From positions 1 to 36,009 of the IMG/VR virus record IMGVR_UViG_3300032216_001733: a DNA stretch of 36,009 nt; one strand, given 5' to 3'. The position numbers were made by a program, and so were the translations under genes. Source of the DNA: a virus (lineage: Duplodnaviria > Caudoviricetes). The notes under the pieces are model-generated. The model did no database searches, was not told the origin of the DNA, and saw nothing but the letters and a program-made list of their open reading frames with translations. Of this stretch, positions 1-9,131 are shown piece by piece. The stretch's first letter is position 1. Every line of letters begins with the position of its first letter.

Positions 1-10
1 ACATTTACCT

Positions 11-475
11 GTGTTATCAGATTTGACTTCACAATGTAAACACGTTACAGAACTCGGTGTAGGTTGGGCTCAAAGTACACGAGCATTTCTCCGGCACGAT
101 GTTGAATTACATAGTTACGAATTAATGCCACAACCCGGTATTGTCGAGTTCTTTGAGCAAGCAAAAGCCGCAGGACGAAATGTTTATTTGCATATTGATG
201 ATACTCGTAAAGTTGAAATTGCTCCTACAGAATTGTTGTTTGTGGATAGTTTACACATCTACGAACAAGTACAAAAAGAATTAGAATTACATGCCGACAA
301 AGCAAGTAAGTATATTGTATTTCATGATACAACATCTTATGAAGTCAATGGTGAATTCGGTGGCCGTGGCATTTGGCCTGCTATTCAAGAATTCATTGAT
401 AGTCATCCTGAATGGGAAATGTTTGAACGCAGAACAAATAACAACGGATTAACAACCTTAAAGCGTGTTGCATGA
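11..475 (+). CDS. Class I SAM-dependent methyltransferase-like protein (5' end probably outside the window)
   Basis: ELGV motif I, FVDSLHIYEQ and VFHDT motifs typical of Methyltransf_24-like phage proteins; frame appears open to the window edge. Confidence 0.7.
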   Translation: MLSDLTSQCKHVTELGVGWAQSTRAFLRHDVELHSYELMPQPGIVEFFEQAKAAGRNVYLHIDDTRKVEIAPTELLFVDSLHIYEQVQKELELHADKASKYIVFHDTTSYEVNGEFGGRGIWPAIQEFIDSHPEWEMFERRTNNNGLTTLKRVA

Positions 476-1206
476 GTATCTCCTTTTTCCATATTGCTTC
501 GGTATATCCTAAAGCAACAGAAATAATGATTGAGAATGCCAGGAAACACCATCCTGATAGTTATTATTATTTGGCTGTTGATGGCGCAGACAAAAATTAC
601 CTAGACGTTGCGTTAAAGTATAACTGTGATTTGCACGTTTATACCGATGCAATAGGCGGACCTGTTTCTCCCCATGGATACAATTTAAAACAAACTTTAG
701 AATTCTTGGAAAGATTTCATACTGCTTGTGAAAATTGTAACACAAATCATATTATTATGATGGAAGATGATGTTTTGGTTGTAAAACCAATAACTGTTAA
801 TCCTCTTTGGTATCACGTTGGCGCAGATACAAAAGTTGGCAATATATTACCAAACATTGTATTAGATTTAATTCAATCTCATTCTGGTTCAAGACCTGAT
901 CCTTTTCAATATGGCGCAGGTGGCGGAACTATTTTTAACAAGAATGTTTTTTTGGTGAATTATACTAGAAATATACAATGGTTCAAAAGACATTTTGAAA
1001 ATATACAAGAATATTATCCTACGATTGGTTATATTGATTGTTTTATGAATGTATATTATTGGTTATGTGGTAAACAATATGCAGGTAACCCTCATCGTGC
1101 AGATACACATAATCATCGACCAGGATTTGATTATGAAACTTTTATAAGTAATCAACCAAGTGAAATTGAAATTATCAACAATTATAAGAAATACTATTAT
1201 GAATGA
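472..1206 (+). CDS. Glycosyltransferase-like protein (GT-A fold)
   Basis: IIMMEDDVLV DxD-like motif, GAGGGTIF; lies in GT cluster. Confidence 0.55.
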   Translation: MSISFFHIASVYPKATEIMIENARKHHPDSYYYLAVDGADKNYLDVALKYNCDLHVYTDAIGGPVSPHGYNLKQTLEFLERFHTACENCNTNHIIMMEDDVLVVKPITVNPLWYHVGADTKVGNILPNIVLDLIQSHSGSRPDPFQYGAGGGTIFNKNVFLVNYTRNIQWFKRHFENIQEYYPTIGYIDCFMNVYYWLCGKQYAGNPHRADTHNHRPGFDYETFISNQPSEIEIINNYKKYYYE

Positions 1207-1999
1207 ACTTACTATTGTAACGGCCTTTTTTGATATTGGTCGTGGTGATTGGACCTCTGATAAAGGTTTGCCTTCTTATCTACAAAGAACAACCGATACT
1301 TATTTTGAACGTTTTAGTCATATGGCTAAACTTGATAATCATATCATTGTTTACACATCAAAAGAATTTGTTGATAAAATTAAAATGATCCGTGGTAAAA
1401 AACCAACAACAGTTCTCACAGTTGATTTTTCCAATTCTTTTGTTAAACTCCGTGAAGAAGTTAGTAGAGTACAAAAGAATCCAGAATATCAAGCAAAAAT
1501 AAATCCCATACAAGTAAGAAATCCAGAATATTGGAATGCTGACTACGTTATTGTCAATGCTTTAAAATCATCCTTTGCAACACAAGCTATTCAAAGGGGT
1601 GTAGTTGAAACTGAAATGTTGGCTTGGTTGGACTTTGGCTATTGCCGTACAGAAGATACACTTAATGGCGTAACAACTTGGGAATATCCATTTGATAAAG
1701 AGAAGATTCATTTCTTTAATATTAAAGAATGGGTTGAAGGTACATACATTCAAAATGTAATTGTCAACAATGACGTACATATTACAGGACCAATGATTGT
1801 CGCCAGCAAAGAAAATTGGCCAATATTGGAACAATTAGTACACCATAATACTAGTGAATTATTGAAGAACGATTTAATTGATGATGACCAAACATTGTTA
1901 TTAATGTCATATCTTCAGAAACGGGAATTGTTTGAATTGCATCCACTCAAAGACGATTGGTTTGCTGCTTTTAAGGAATATCATGAGAATAAAGATTGA
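1199..1999 (+). CDS. HtrL/WlaTC-family putative glycosyltransferase
   Basis: TIVTAFFDIGRGDW, AWLDFG, DDDQTLL motifs; start moved to ATG 1199 overlapping the upstream stop. Confidence 0.75.
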   Translation: MNELTIVTAFFDIGRGDWTSDKGLPSYLQRTTDTYFERFSHMAKLDNHIIVYTSKEFVDKIKMIRGKKPTTVLTVDFSNSFVKLREEVSRVQKNPEYQAKINPIQVRNPEYWNADYVIVNALKSSFATQAIQRGVVETEMLAWLDFGYCRTEDTLNGVTTWEYPFDKEKIHFFNIKEWVEGTYIQNVIVNNDVHITGPMIVASKENWPILEQLVHHNTSELLKNDLIDDDQTLLLMSYLQKRELFELHPLKDDWFAAFKEYHENKD

Positions 2000-2711
2000 T
2001 TGTACTGCCAACCTTGGTGATTTCTGTAATGCTTTGCCAGTAATATCTGGCATTTCAAAATATGTAGAACAAAAAATTGATATTATTATTCGACCAGAAA
2101 TGCGTAAGTTTAATGGTATAAAAGAATTCTTGATGTATCAGTCAATGTTTAACTCTGTTGAATTTGCCGATGATGTTTTCATTGCTGGCGATATTATGAA
2201 TCTGAGTTCTTGGACTCGTATGGATCAAAACGATCCAAATCGACCAATTGAAACTTGTCGATATGAGAATTGGGTTAACGATAACTACAGAATGTTATTT
2301 GAAGTAGATGATGAATTTGAAGTACAAGTTGATCCAATGTCCGGTATTGCAATCGAAACTACAAATAAAACAATCATTGGTGACCGATGGAATCACGCAA
2401 CAATCGACACTCGTAGAAACACCAATGTAGTTGAGCATGGTGCAAATCCAAATCCAGAAAAAGTGTTCTATTTGGATTATTCAAAACCTATCATGTATAA
2501 TTTAAACCTCATTAAAAATAGTCCTAATCCTTTTGTTACTACATTTACCGGCATCGGCATCATTGCTGACCTAATGAATAAAGAAACTATTTGTTGCTGG
2601 GATGAAGATATGCGGACATGGGATGGTCATCCTGTCGAATACGACTTCATCCGCCATTATTATGGCAATCGTAAATCAAAACTTGTTTATGTGAAAGATT
2701 TAGTAATATGA
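1983..2711 (+). CDS. Glycosyltransferase-like protein (GT9/GT-B-like)
   Basis: N-terminal NLGDFCNALP resembles the GT9 LGD motif; start at ATG 1983. Confidence 0.5.
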   Translation: MRIKIDCTANLGDFCNALPVISGISKYVEQKIDIIIRPEMRKFNGIKEFLMYQSMFNSVEFADDVFIAGDIMNLSSWTRMDQNDPNRPIETCRYENWVNDNYRMLFEVDDEFEVQVDPMSGIAIETTNKTIIGDRWNHATIDTRRNTNVVEHGANPNPEKVFYLDYSKPIMYNLNLIKNSPNPFVTTFTGIGIIADLMNKETICCWDEDMRTWDGHPVEYDFIRHYYGNRKSKLVYVKDLVI

Positions 2712-3415
2712 TTATTAATATTCGTAAAGGTGTATTCGGTGATTGCATTCGTGGTGGTGATTTAATTGCTGTTGGAAATGTAGTAGAGCATTTAAGAAAA
2801 GTTAATAATAATCCTGATATTCGGTTTTGGATTGATCCTAAGGCAACTAGTTCTGATAGATATGTTCAAGATTTTCATTCTTTTTTAATTTGTGCAACAG
2901 ATTATTTTTCTACACATGAAGGCCGAGAAGAACTGCCTTGGCGTAAAGTTAATCTTTGGGACTACCGTGATATCTCTGGTGATTTGGTTAAGATACCAAA
3001 CACTAAAGAAATGAAAAAGAAAATCGTAATCTTTCCTTTGACAGATGCTCCATACAACCAATGGCGTAATTGGCCACCACATTTATTACCAGAATTAATT
3101 AAAAAATACAATACCGAAGAATATAAAGATTATGTTAAAATAATCTGTTCTAAAAATTCGGCATATTATGGTGAAGAATGGACCTGTAGTACCGATATTA
3201 TAGATAATCTAAACCATATCATGGATGCCGAAATCTTTATTGGTGGTGACACAGGAACAACACATTTTGCATTTGCGCTTGACAGAGCACCTAAAGACCT
3301 GTTATACTATGGATCCAGTCGAGCATTGGTACATACATTACCATTTTACCTGTTACAAGGTAAAGGTAGAGTTACAAATTATTGGTTAGATTTTGAGAGA
3401 ACAATATGGCAATAA
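2708..3415 (+). CDS. GT9 (heptosyltransferase-like) glycosyltransferase
   Basis: GGDLIA, RNWP and FIGGDTGTTHFA (GT9 FxGxDTGxxHxA motif). Confidence 0.7.
   Translation: MIINIRKGVFGDCIRGGDLIAVGNVVEHLRKVNNNPDIRFWIDPKATSSDRYVQDFHSFLICATDYFSTHEGREELPWRKVNLWDYRDISGDLVKIPNTKEMKKKIVIFPLTDAPYNQWRNWPPHLLPELIKKYNTEEYKDYVKIICSKNSAYYGEEWTCSTDIIDNLNHIMDAEIFIGGDTGTTHFAFALDRAPKDLLYYGSSRALVHTLPFYLLQGKGRVTNYWLDFERTIWQ
3279..3308 (+). promoter_or_regulatory. Intragenic sigma70-type promoter
   Basis: TTGACA (3279-3284), 18 nt, TATACT (3303-3308) with extended -10 TG. Confidence 0.5.
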
Positions 3416-4059
3416 ATGATACTGCGGCAATTGTTACCGCTTTTTTTGGTTCAGATAACAATTTTCTTTATAAACAAAATATGGCTAGAACGCTATGCAG
3501 GAATATAAAAAATTCTGGTGTGTTCACTTGTTTAGCTTCACATTCTACTATTGATGAACAAACACAAAAGTACACCAATATTTCGTTATATGATGCTGAC
3601 AATAGCTTTCAGATTAATGGTCAACCAACCGTAACACATAACCATGGTGTAGCAGAATTAACATCGATGCACAATGCAGTAAATTCTCTTAAACGATTTG
3701 GTTTCAAGTATATTTTAAAATTTCCTTTCGATATCAATCCTGATTTGAATTACCCACAATTAATAGAAGATTGCAAAGCAACAGGTAAACATTTGGTATC
3801 AGGTAGATGGGACAATGATATCACTATTGGTACCTTTGCTTTCTTTGCTAATATTGATTTCTTTTTAGAAACCTTTTCATTAAATGAAGTATATCGTTGT
3901 GATAAAGATTTAGAATATGCTTGGTTTGATTCTGTAAAAGAAAAAGGACTAATGGAACATGTACATTTCTGTAGTGGCTATAATAATTTTTTAGGCAACA
4001 ATATGACTCAATTCTCAGAAGGTGCTGGCACAAAAGTATTGGAATATCCATTTGTATGA
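3406..4059 (+). CDS. Hypothetical protein, possibly glycosyltransferase-related
   Basis: 217-aa ORF tiled within GT cluster; NHGVAE motif. Confidence 0.5.
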   Translation: MAINDTAAIVTAFFGSDNNFLYKQNMARTLCRNIKNSGVFTCLASHSTIDEQTQKYTNISLYDADNSFQINGQPTVTHNHGVAELTSMHNAVNSLKRFGFKYILKFPFDINPDLNYPQLIEDCKATGKHLVSGRWDNDITIGTFAFFANIDFFLETFSLNEVYRCDKDLEYAWFDSVKEKGLMEHVHFCSGYNNFLGNNMTQFSEGAGTKVLEYPFV

Positions 4060-4751
4060 AAACATTTAGTATAACTTGTATCGATGCTCTTACATATACA
4101 CCAACAATTAAAGCTTTGAAGAAAACATTGGAAACTTTAAAAGGTTTGGTAGATGTTAAAACTGTTTATTGGTTTAGTGATATAGACTTTCCCGATACTG
4201 TAGATTGTAATGTTGTTTGGGTAAAGATTAATAGATTTAAAAAATTTACTGATGAACTCAATTACATCACACTTAAATTAGTACCACATCTTTCAAGAGA
4301 AGATTATAATTTAATGGTACAAGGTGATGGCTTTGCAGTTAATCGTGAGGCATGGGATCCACAATTTTTAGAATATGACTATATTGGCGCTCGTTGGCAA
4401 GATGGTAGAGTTGGCAACGGAGGTTTTAGTTTACGAAGCAAGAAATTACTTGATGCCTTTTTAGATGTAGAAATCAAATATCAAACCTCTCAGTTTTCTG
4501 AAAATGTTATTAATGATGTTCAAAATTATGTGTTTGATTATTGTGGTGATAAAGTTATTCCCGAAGATAATATTATCTGTAAGGTATACCGACCAATACT
4601 GGAACAACAATATGGTATTCGTTATGCAGATGGTGATCTGGCGGATAAGTTTAGTATTGAATACAATATGAGTTCTCCATGGCTAGGTAAGAGTTTAGGA
4701 TTTCATGGAAAACATGGAATTGCTAGTCATTATGGAATTACATTAGATTAA
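4056..4751 (+). CDS. DUF5672-like putative glycosyltransferase
   Basis: QGDGF, YDYIGARW, VGNGGFSLRSKKLL, PED and GFHG motifs. Confidence 0.75.
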   Translation: MKTFSITCIDALTYTPTIKALKKTLETLKGLVDVKTVYWFSDIDFPDTVDCNVVWVKINRFKKFTDELNYITLKLVPHLSREDYNLMVQGDGFAVNREAWDPQFLEYDYIGARWQDGRVGNGGFSLRSKKLLDAFLDVEIKYQTSQFSENVINDVQNYVFDYCGDKVIPEDNIICKVYRPILEQQYGIRYADGDLADKFSIEYNMSSPWLGKSLGFHGKHGIASHYGITLD

Positions 4752-4821
4752 ATCCAATAATTTGACGAGTATATATCTAACCCAACCTTTTGAAGGTTTG
4801 GTCACATAGTTTTAAAAGTTG

Positions 4822-4829
4822 TATAAATA
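4822..4829 (+). promoter_or_regulatory. T4-type late (gp55) promoter TATAAATA
   Basis: Exact TATAAATA in intergenic DNA about 45 nt before ATG 4875. Confidence 0.8.
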
Positions 4830-4874
4830 AGTGAATCGGCAACCAAAGTGTGTTGCAAATCTAGAAGGAAATTA

Positions 4875-6086
4875 ATGTATTCGTTTTTAACATTCTTAAA
4901 AGAAGAAGTTGAACAAGGCGCAGAAGGTGCTAAACTTAAGCATATACACCATGCTGAGGATAGGCCATTATTTCATGGCGCAAAAGGATTCCAACATGCG
5001 GTGGCTGCGTTAAAACAAGCTCATCTCCACATCAAATCCGGTGGTAATAGTTCAGCGTTAACCATGAAATATGACGGTTCTCCATCAATAGTATTTGGCC
5101 GTCATCCAGAAAATGGTAAGTTTTTTGTGGCATCGAAATCTGCTTTTAACGTTAAACCAAAGATAAACTACACTCACGCCGATATTGAGAAGAACCATGG
5201 ACACGCACCAGGACTCACCGAAAAACTTCACGCAGCACTAGATCATCTTAAAAAGGTAGCACCCAAAACCGGTGTATACCAAGGAGATATCATGCACTCA
5301 GGTACGGATGTGGAACAAAAGAAAGGTGGTAAAGTATCATTTACCCCAAATACCATTACCTATACCGCCAGCGGAGAAGAAGCTGACAAAGTTAGGAAAT
5401 CCAAAATTGGTATTGTAACACATACACAATATCATGGTAAAGATATATCTTCTATGAGTGCAGATCCACATCCAGATTTGCATAATTTTGGTACACATCC
5501 TGATGTTTGGCAAAAATCTCCAAACTTAGATACAAAAAATGTTCATTATTCTGAACAAGAACAAGAAAAATTCAATAAACATTTAGACGCTGCTGATAAA
5601 ATTCACCGAGCACATAAAAATAAAATGTATGCAGCTGTTGCTCCACACGCTGGTGAAGCTGGCCATTTAGCAACATACATAAACCATACAGTAAGAACAG
5701 ACGAAACTCCTTCTGCTGAAGGATTTAAAAAACATATACAAAATGTATATGAAAAAGAATATGCTTCTAAAATGAAAAAGCTAAAGACTCCGGCAGCACA
5801 GTCTAGAGCAAAAACAACAAGAGATAAAAGCATTAGAACTCATTTAGATCATGTTGAAAAACATAAAGAATCGTATGAAGCCATATTAAAAATGCACCAT
5901 CATTTACAGCAAGCAAAAAATACCTTAGTTAACACACTAGAACAACATAGTGGTGGTTTGGAACATCACATAGATAATAAACCAACTGGTCCAGAAGGAT
6001 TTGTAGTTAATCATGCTGGAGAACCAACAAAATTAGTTAACCGTAAAGAATTTGCAAAAGCCAATCTATTAAAGGTAAGAAAATGA
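4875..6086 (+). CDS. RNA-ligase-like nucleotidyltransferase (DUF6267-like) with CTS-like N-terminus
   Basis: KYDGSPS (motif I), YQGDI, EGFVV (motif IV), KLVNR (motif V); RBS GAAGGA; N-terminus MYSFLTFLKEE. Confidence 0.65.
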   Translation: MYSFLTFLKEEVEQGAEGAKLKHIHHAEDRPLFHGAKGFQHAVAALKQAHLHIKSGGNSSALTMKYDGSPSIVFGRHPENGKFFVASKSAFNVKPKINYTHADIEKNHGHAPGLTEKLHAALDHLKKVAPKTGVYQGDIMHSGTDVEQKKGGKVSFTPNTITYTASGEEADKVRKSKIGIVTHTQYHGKDISSMSADPHPDLHNFGTHPDVWQKSPNLDTKNVHYSEQEQEKFNKHLDAADKIHRAHKNKMYAAVAPHAGEAGHLATYINHTVRTDETPSAEGFKKHIQNVYEKEYASKMKKLKTPAAQSRAKTTRDKSIRTHLDHVEKHKESYEAILKMHHHLQQAKNTLVNTLEQHSGGLEHHIDNKPTGPEGFVVNHAGEPTKLVNRKEFAKANLLKVRK

Positions 6087-7249
6087 CAATACAATTACAA
6101 ATATATCTCGAAAGAGCTGGTTTAATTGAAGAAAGTAAAAAAACAGAAGAGCAAAAGCTTAAAGATTTTCTTCGTTGGTTAAACACACATGAGGAAGACA
6201 ATGAAGATGAAGAGCATCCTGATGATATTCCTTGGGACAATGAAGAAGAACTCAACGAAGCCGAAAAAAAAGAAAAACAATATACCTCTAATGATAAAGG
6301 TGTTTTACACGAATTATTAGTCGGCCACCATTTACTTGGTGGAAAACATATGTCAAAACATGCTGACAAAGACGGTGATAGTCCGAAACAAGCGCATGAC
6401 AAAATTAAAGCTGCTCTATACAAAAAACACGGCAATCATGATGAATATAAAAGATTGAATGAGAAAGCTAAGAGTGCGGCTGAACATATTAAAAAACATG
6501 CAGAAAAAAATGGATATAAAATTCATGATGTTCATTGGACTTCAAAACCAGGAGATATACATCGGTCAACTGGTATACACTCTACACAAAAAGAAGATTC
6601 TTCTGACATCATGATTCACACACATAAGGGCGCAAAAAATAAACATGTTGGAGTAAGTTTAAAAGTTACCGATGGTAAAAACAAACACATTACTGCATCT
6701 AACCCTGGCATGGAAGCAACGCATGGTGCCCACCATATTGTTGAAAAAACTAGAGAAGAAATCTTAAAGGCACATCCTAAACTCGTTGGTGTTAAAAATA
6801 AAGAAAAAAGAAAAGAAATGATGTCTAGTGATCCAAAAATGAAAGAAGATATCGTTAAAAGAAATCATGCGGCTACTGTAAAAGTGGCTAAACATTTACA
6901 TGATTATTTGTCTAAAGGATCAAAAGAAGATTTAGTTCATCATATTAAAACTCATGTTTTGCAATGCAATAAAACTCCTTTGCAACACAACGGACACGAA
7001 CACATAAGACACACTACTTATCAATCCAGTAATAAAACCGGAAATAAAACTCTACATGAAGCAATAAATCCTAGTGAACATTGGCATCATATTCTTAGTG
7101 ATCATAAAAATATTACCGTTCACCATTCTGGTGCTTATGTTCATTTTCACCACAATGGCAAAAAGTTTGCTTCACATAGAATTCGTGTATCATCGAGCAG
7201 TGACCCAATGACAAGTTTCAAGGGCGATGGAAAGGCTCACGGAGATTGA
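6083..7249 (+). CDS. His/Lys-rich putative PD-(D/E)XK nuclease-fold protein
   Basis: KGVLHE...SSDIMI...GVSLK pattern; acidic N-terminal segment ending ELNE. Confidence 0.5.
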   Translation: MTIQLQIYLERAGLIEESKKTEEQKLKDFLRWLNTHEEDNEDEEHPDDIPWDNEEELNEAEKKEKQYTSNDKGVLHELLVGHHLLGGKHMSKHADKDGDSPKQAHDKIKAALYKKHGNHDEYKRLNEKAKSAAEHIKKHAEKNGYKIHDVHWTSKPGDIHRSTGIHSTQKEDSSDIMIHTHKGAKNKHVGVSLKVTDGKNKHITASNPGMEATHGAHHIVEKTREEILKAHPKLVGVKNKEKRKEMMSSDPKMKEDIVKRNHAATVKVAKHLHDYLSKGSKEDLVHHIKTHVLQCNKTPLQHNGHEHIRHTTYQSSNKTGNKTLHEAINPSEHWHHILSDHKNITVHHSGAYVHFHHNGKKFASHRIRVSSSSDPMTSFKGDGKAHGD

Positions 7250-9129
7250 TGAAAACATTTTTACAGCTAATAGAGGAAAAAGAAGCTACACATAATCCTG
7301 TGGTGGTGGCTTTTGGTCGCATGAATCCTCCCACTACTGGACATTTAAAGTTAATTGACAAACTTCGTGCTGAAGCAGAAAAGCGTCAGGCTAAACACGT
7401 TGTCATAACTTCACATTCTCAAGATAGTAAAAAGAACCCATTATCTCCAGCACAAAAATTAAAACATCTCCGTAGATACTCTCCGGGTACACATTTTGAA
7501 TCTTCTTCAAAAGACAGACCAACTATTCTTCACCATTTAGCTCGACTACACGCAGCAGGACATGACCATGTAGTCTATGTTGCAGGTTCAGATCGAGTTA
7601 AAGAGATGCACGAGTTATTAAACCGATATAACGGGGTACACGGCCGCCACGGATATTACAATTTTAAAAAGATTAATGTCGTTTCTGCCGGACATCGTGA
7701 TCCTGACGCTGAAGGTGAAGAAGGTATGTCTGGTACCAAAATGAGAGAACATGCAAAACACAATAACTTTCATTCCTTTAGACCTGGTGTTCCATCTCAC
7801 GTTCCAGACAACCATGCAAGAGAACTGATGCATGATGTTCGTAAAGGTATGGGATTGAATGAACAAAGAGACCGTGGCCAATTTAAAGCCATTTTTGTTA
7901 CCGGCGGACCTGGTTCTGGTAAAGATGTAATCATCCGTGAAGCTATTGCTGAATCCAAAGCGGTTGAAATTAACTCCGTACAGGCTTTTGATTATCTTGC
8001 GGATAAACAAAGATTATCTGAAAAATCTGGTGATTTCCGTAGAGAATCTATCCGTAATCGTGGTCCTTTGATTATTAATGGTCCAGCAGATGATAAAGAC
8101 CGCATTTTATACATCAAGGAAGAACTAGAAGATTTAGGTTACTCCACTTTGATGATTTTTGTTGAAGCTTCTAATGAATCCAGCCAAGAAAGAAATACTA
8201 AGTTGTCGAGAATGATGGTCGAATCCATACGTCAGGATAAATGGTTAAAGTCTAAAGAAAACTTCAAATTATATAATCAACTATTTGATTCCTTCATTAG
8301 TTTTGATAACGATAAATCGATTGAATATATAGAGGAAGATATAACAAATGCTTACCATAATATCAATGCTTTTATTGACAGTAAAAAAGAAAATGAAGTC
8401 GCTTTTGACTGGTTAGAAAAGCATAATAGGTTAAATAAAGGTAATATCTTCAAGGAAGAAAAAAATGTTCAAAAAATTAATAGATTTCTTAAAATTAAAA
8501 CCGGTAGCCCCAAAGCAGACGGTCCAGCCTCCATTCCCGCTGATAACCGAGCAGGAGACAAAAACTCCGATAACGTCAAGTGGGACGCCAACAAACGAAC
8601 AAGAACCTACACCTTTGGTCAAAACACCGGAGTCTACGCCGAAGAAACGAAGCCCACGATCACAAAAAGGTCAGAACCGAAAGAGCCCAGCTTCCGCCAA
8701 GACAAAGAAAAAACAAAGTTAAAGAAGTATGGAGATAAAACAGTAAGTCCAGCTCGTGTTGGTCGACCAGATGGAATTGGCCAGGAATACGATACACGAG
8801 CAGGTGGCCAAGGTGCTGCAGCAGGCGCCGGACTTGGCAATCAGACATATAGCGAAACAATAGAATTCAGTAATGCAAGTCAAAATGGTACAGCAATGCT
8901 TGGAGCTAAATTAGAACCAAATCCGTTGTCTGAGAAAAAACCGTTTAAAAAGTTTAGAACGAATATTAAAGAATATAGTGGATTTCAAAATGATACCGAA
9001 TCTGGACTCGGTGGAGTATTAGGTGGCGCAAGCAATAAAGAAGGTATGGATTCATACAAAGATACATCAAGAAACATACAAAACGATTATGGTATTAAAA
9101 TAAAAAAGAAAAAGAAACAGGAGAAATAA
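7249..9129 (+). CDS. HIGH-family nucleotidyltransferase fused to P-loop kinase-like domain, with CTS
   Basis: MKTFLQLIEE; FGRMNPPTTGH, KNPLS, AGSDR, MSGTKMR; Walker A GGPGSGKD. Confidence 0.75.
   Translation: MKTFLQLIEEKEATHNPVVVAFGRMNPPTTGHLKLIDKLRAEAEKRQAKHVVITSHSQDSKKNPLSPAQKLKHLRRYSPGTHFESSSKDRPTILHHLARLHAAGHDHVVYVAGSDRVKEMHELLNRYNGVHGRHGYYNFKKINVVSAGHRDPDAEGEEGMSGTKMREHAKHNNFHSFRPGVPSHVPDNHARELMHDVRKGMGLNEQRDRGQFKAIFVTGGPGSGKDVIIREAIAESKAVEINSVQAFDYLADKQRLSEKSGDFRRESIRNRGPLIINGPADDKDRILYIKEELEDLGYSTLMIFVEASNESSQERNTKLSRMMVESIRQDKWLKSKENFKLYNQLFDSFISFDNDKSIEYIEEDITNAYHNINAFIDSKKENEVAFDWLEKHNRLNKGNIFKEEKNVQKINRFLKIKTGSPKADGPASIPADNRAGDKNSDNVKWDANKRTRTYTFGQNTGVYAEETKPTITKRSEPKEPSFRQDKEKTKLKKYGDKTVSPARVGRPDGIGQEYDTRAGGQGAAAGAGLGNQTYSETIEFSNASQNGTAMLGAKLEPNPLSEKKPFKKFRTNIKEYSGFQNDTESGLGGVLGGASNKEGMDSYKDTSRNIQNDYGIKIKKKKKQEK
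8465..8722 (+). CDS. Putative nested overlapping small basic, Pro-rich protein
   Basis: RBS AAGGAAG 6 nt before ATG; amphipathic N-terminus and basic tail; local shift to C-ending codons in the host frame. Confidence 0.4.
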   Translation: MFKKLIDFLKLKPVAPKQTVQPPFPLITEQETKTPITSSGTPTNEQEPTPLVKTPESTPKKRSPRSQKGQNRKSPASAKTKKKQS

Positions 9130-9131
9130 AA

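Noticed and set aside
4056-4085. MKTF start of the DUF5672-like GT as a capsid-targeting sequence
   Set aside because: Continues SITCID, with no aromatic residue at position 7 and no Glu at position 10
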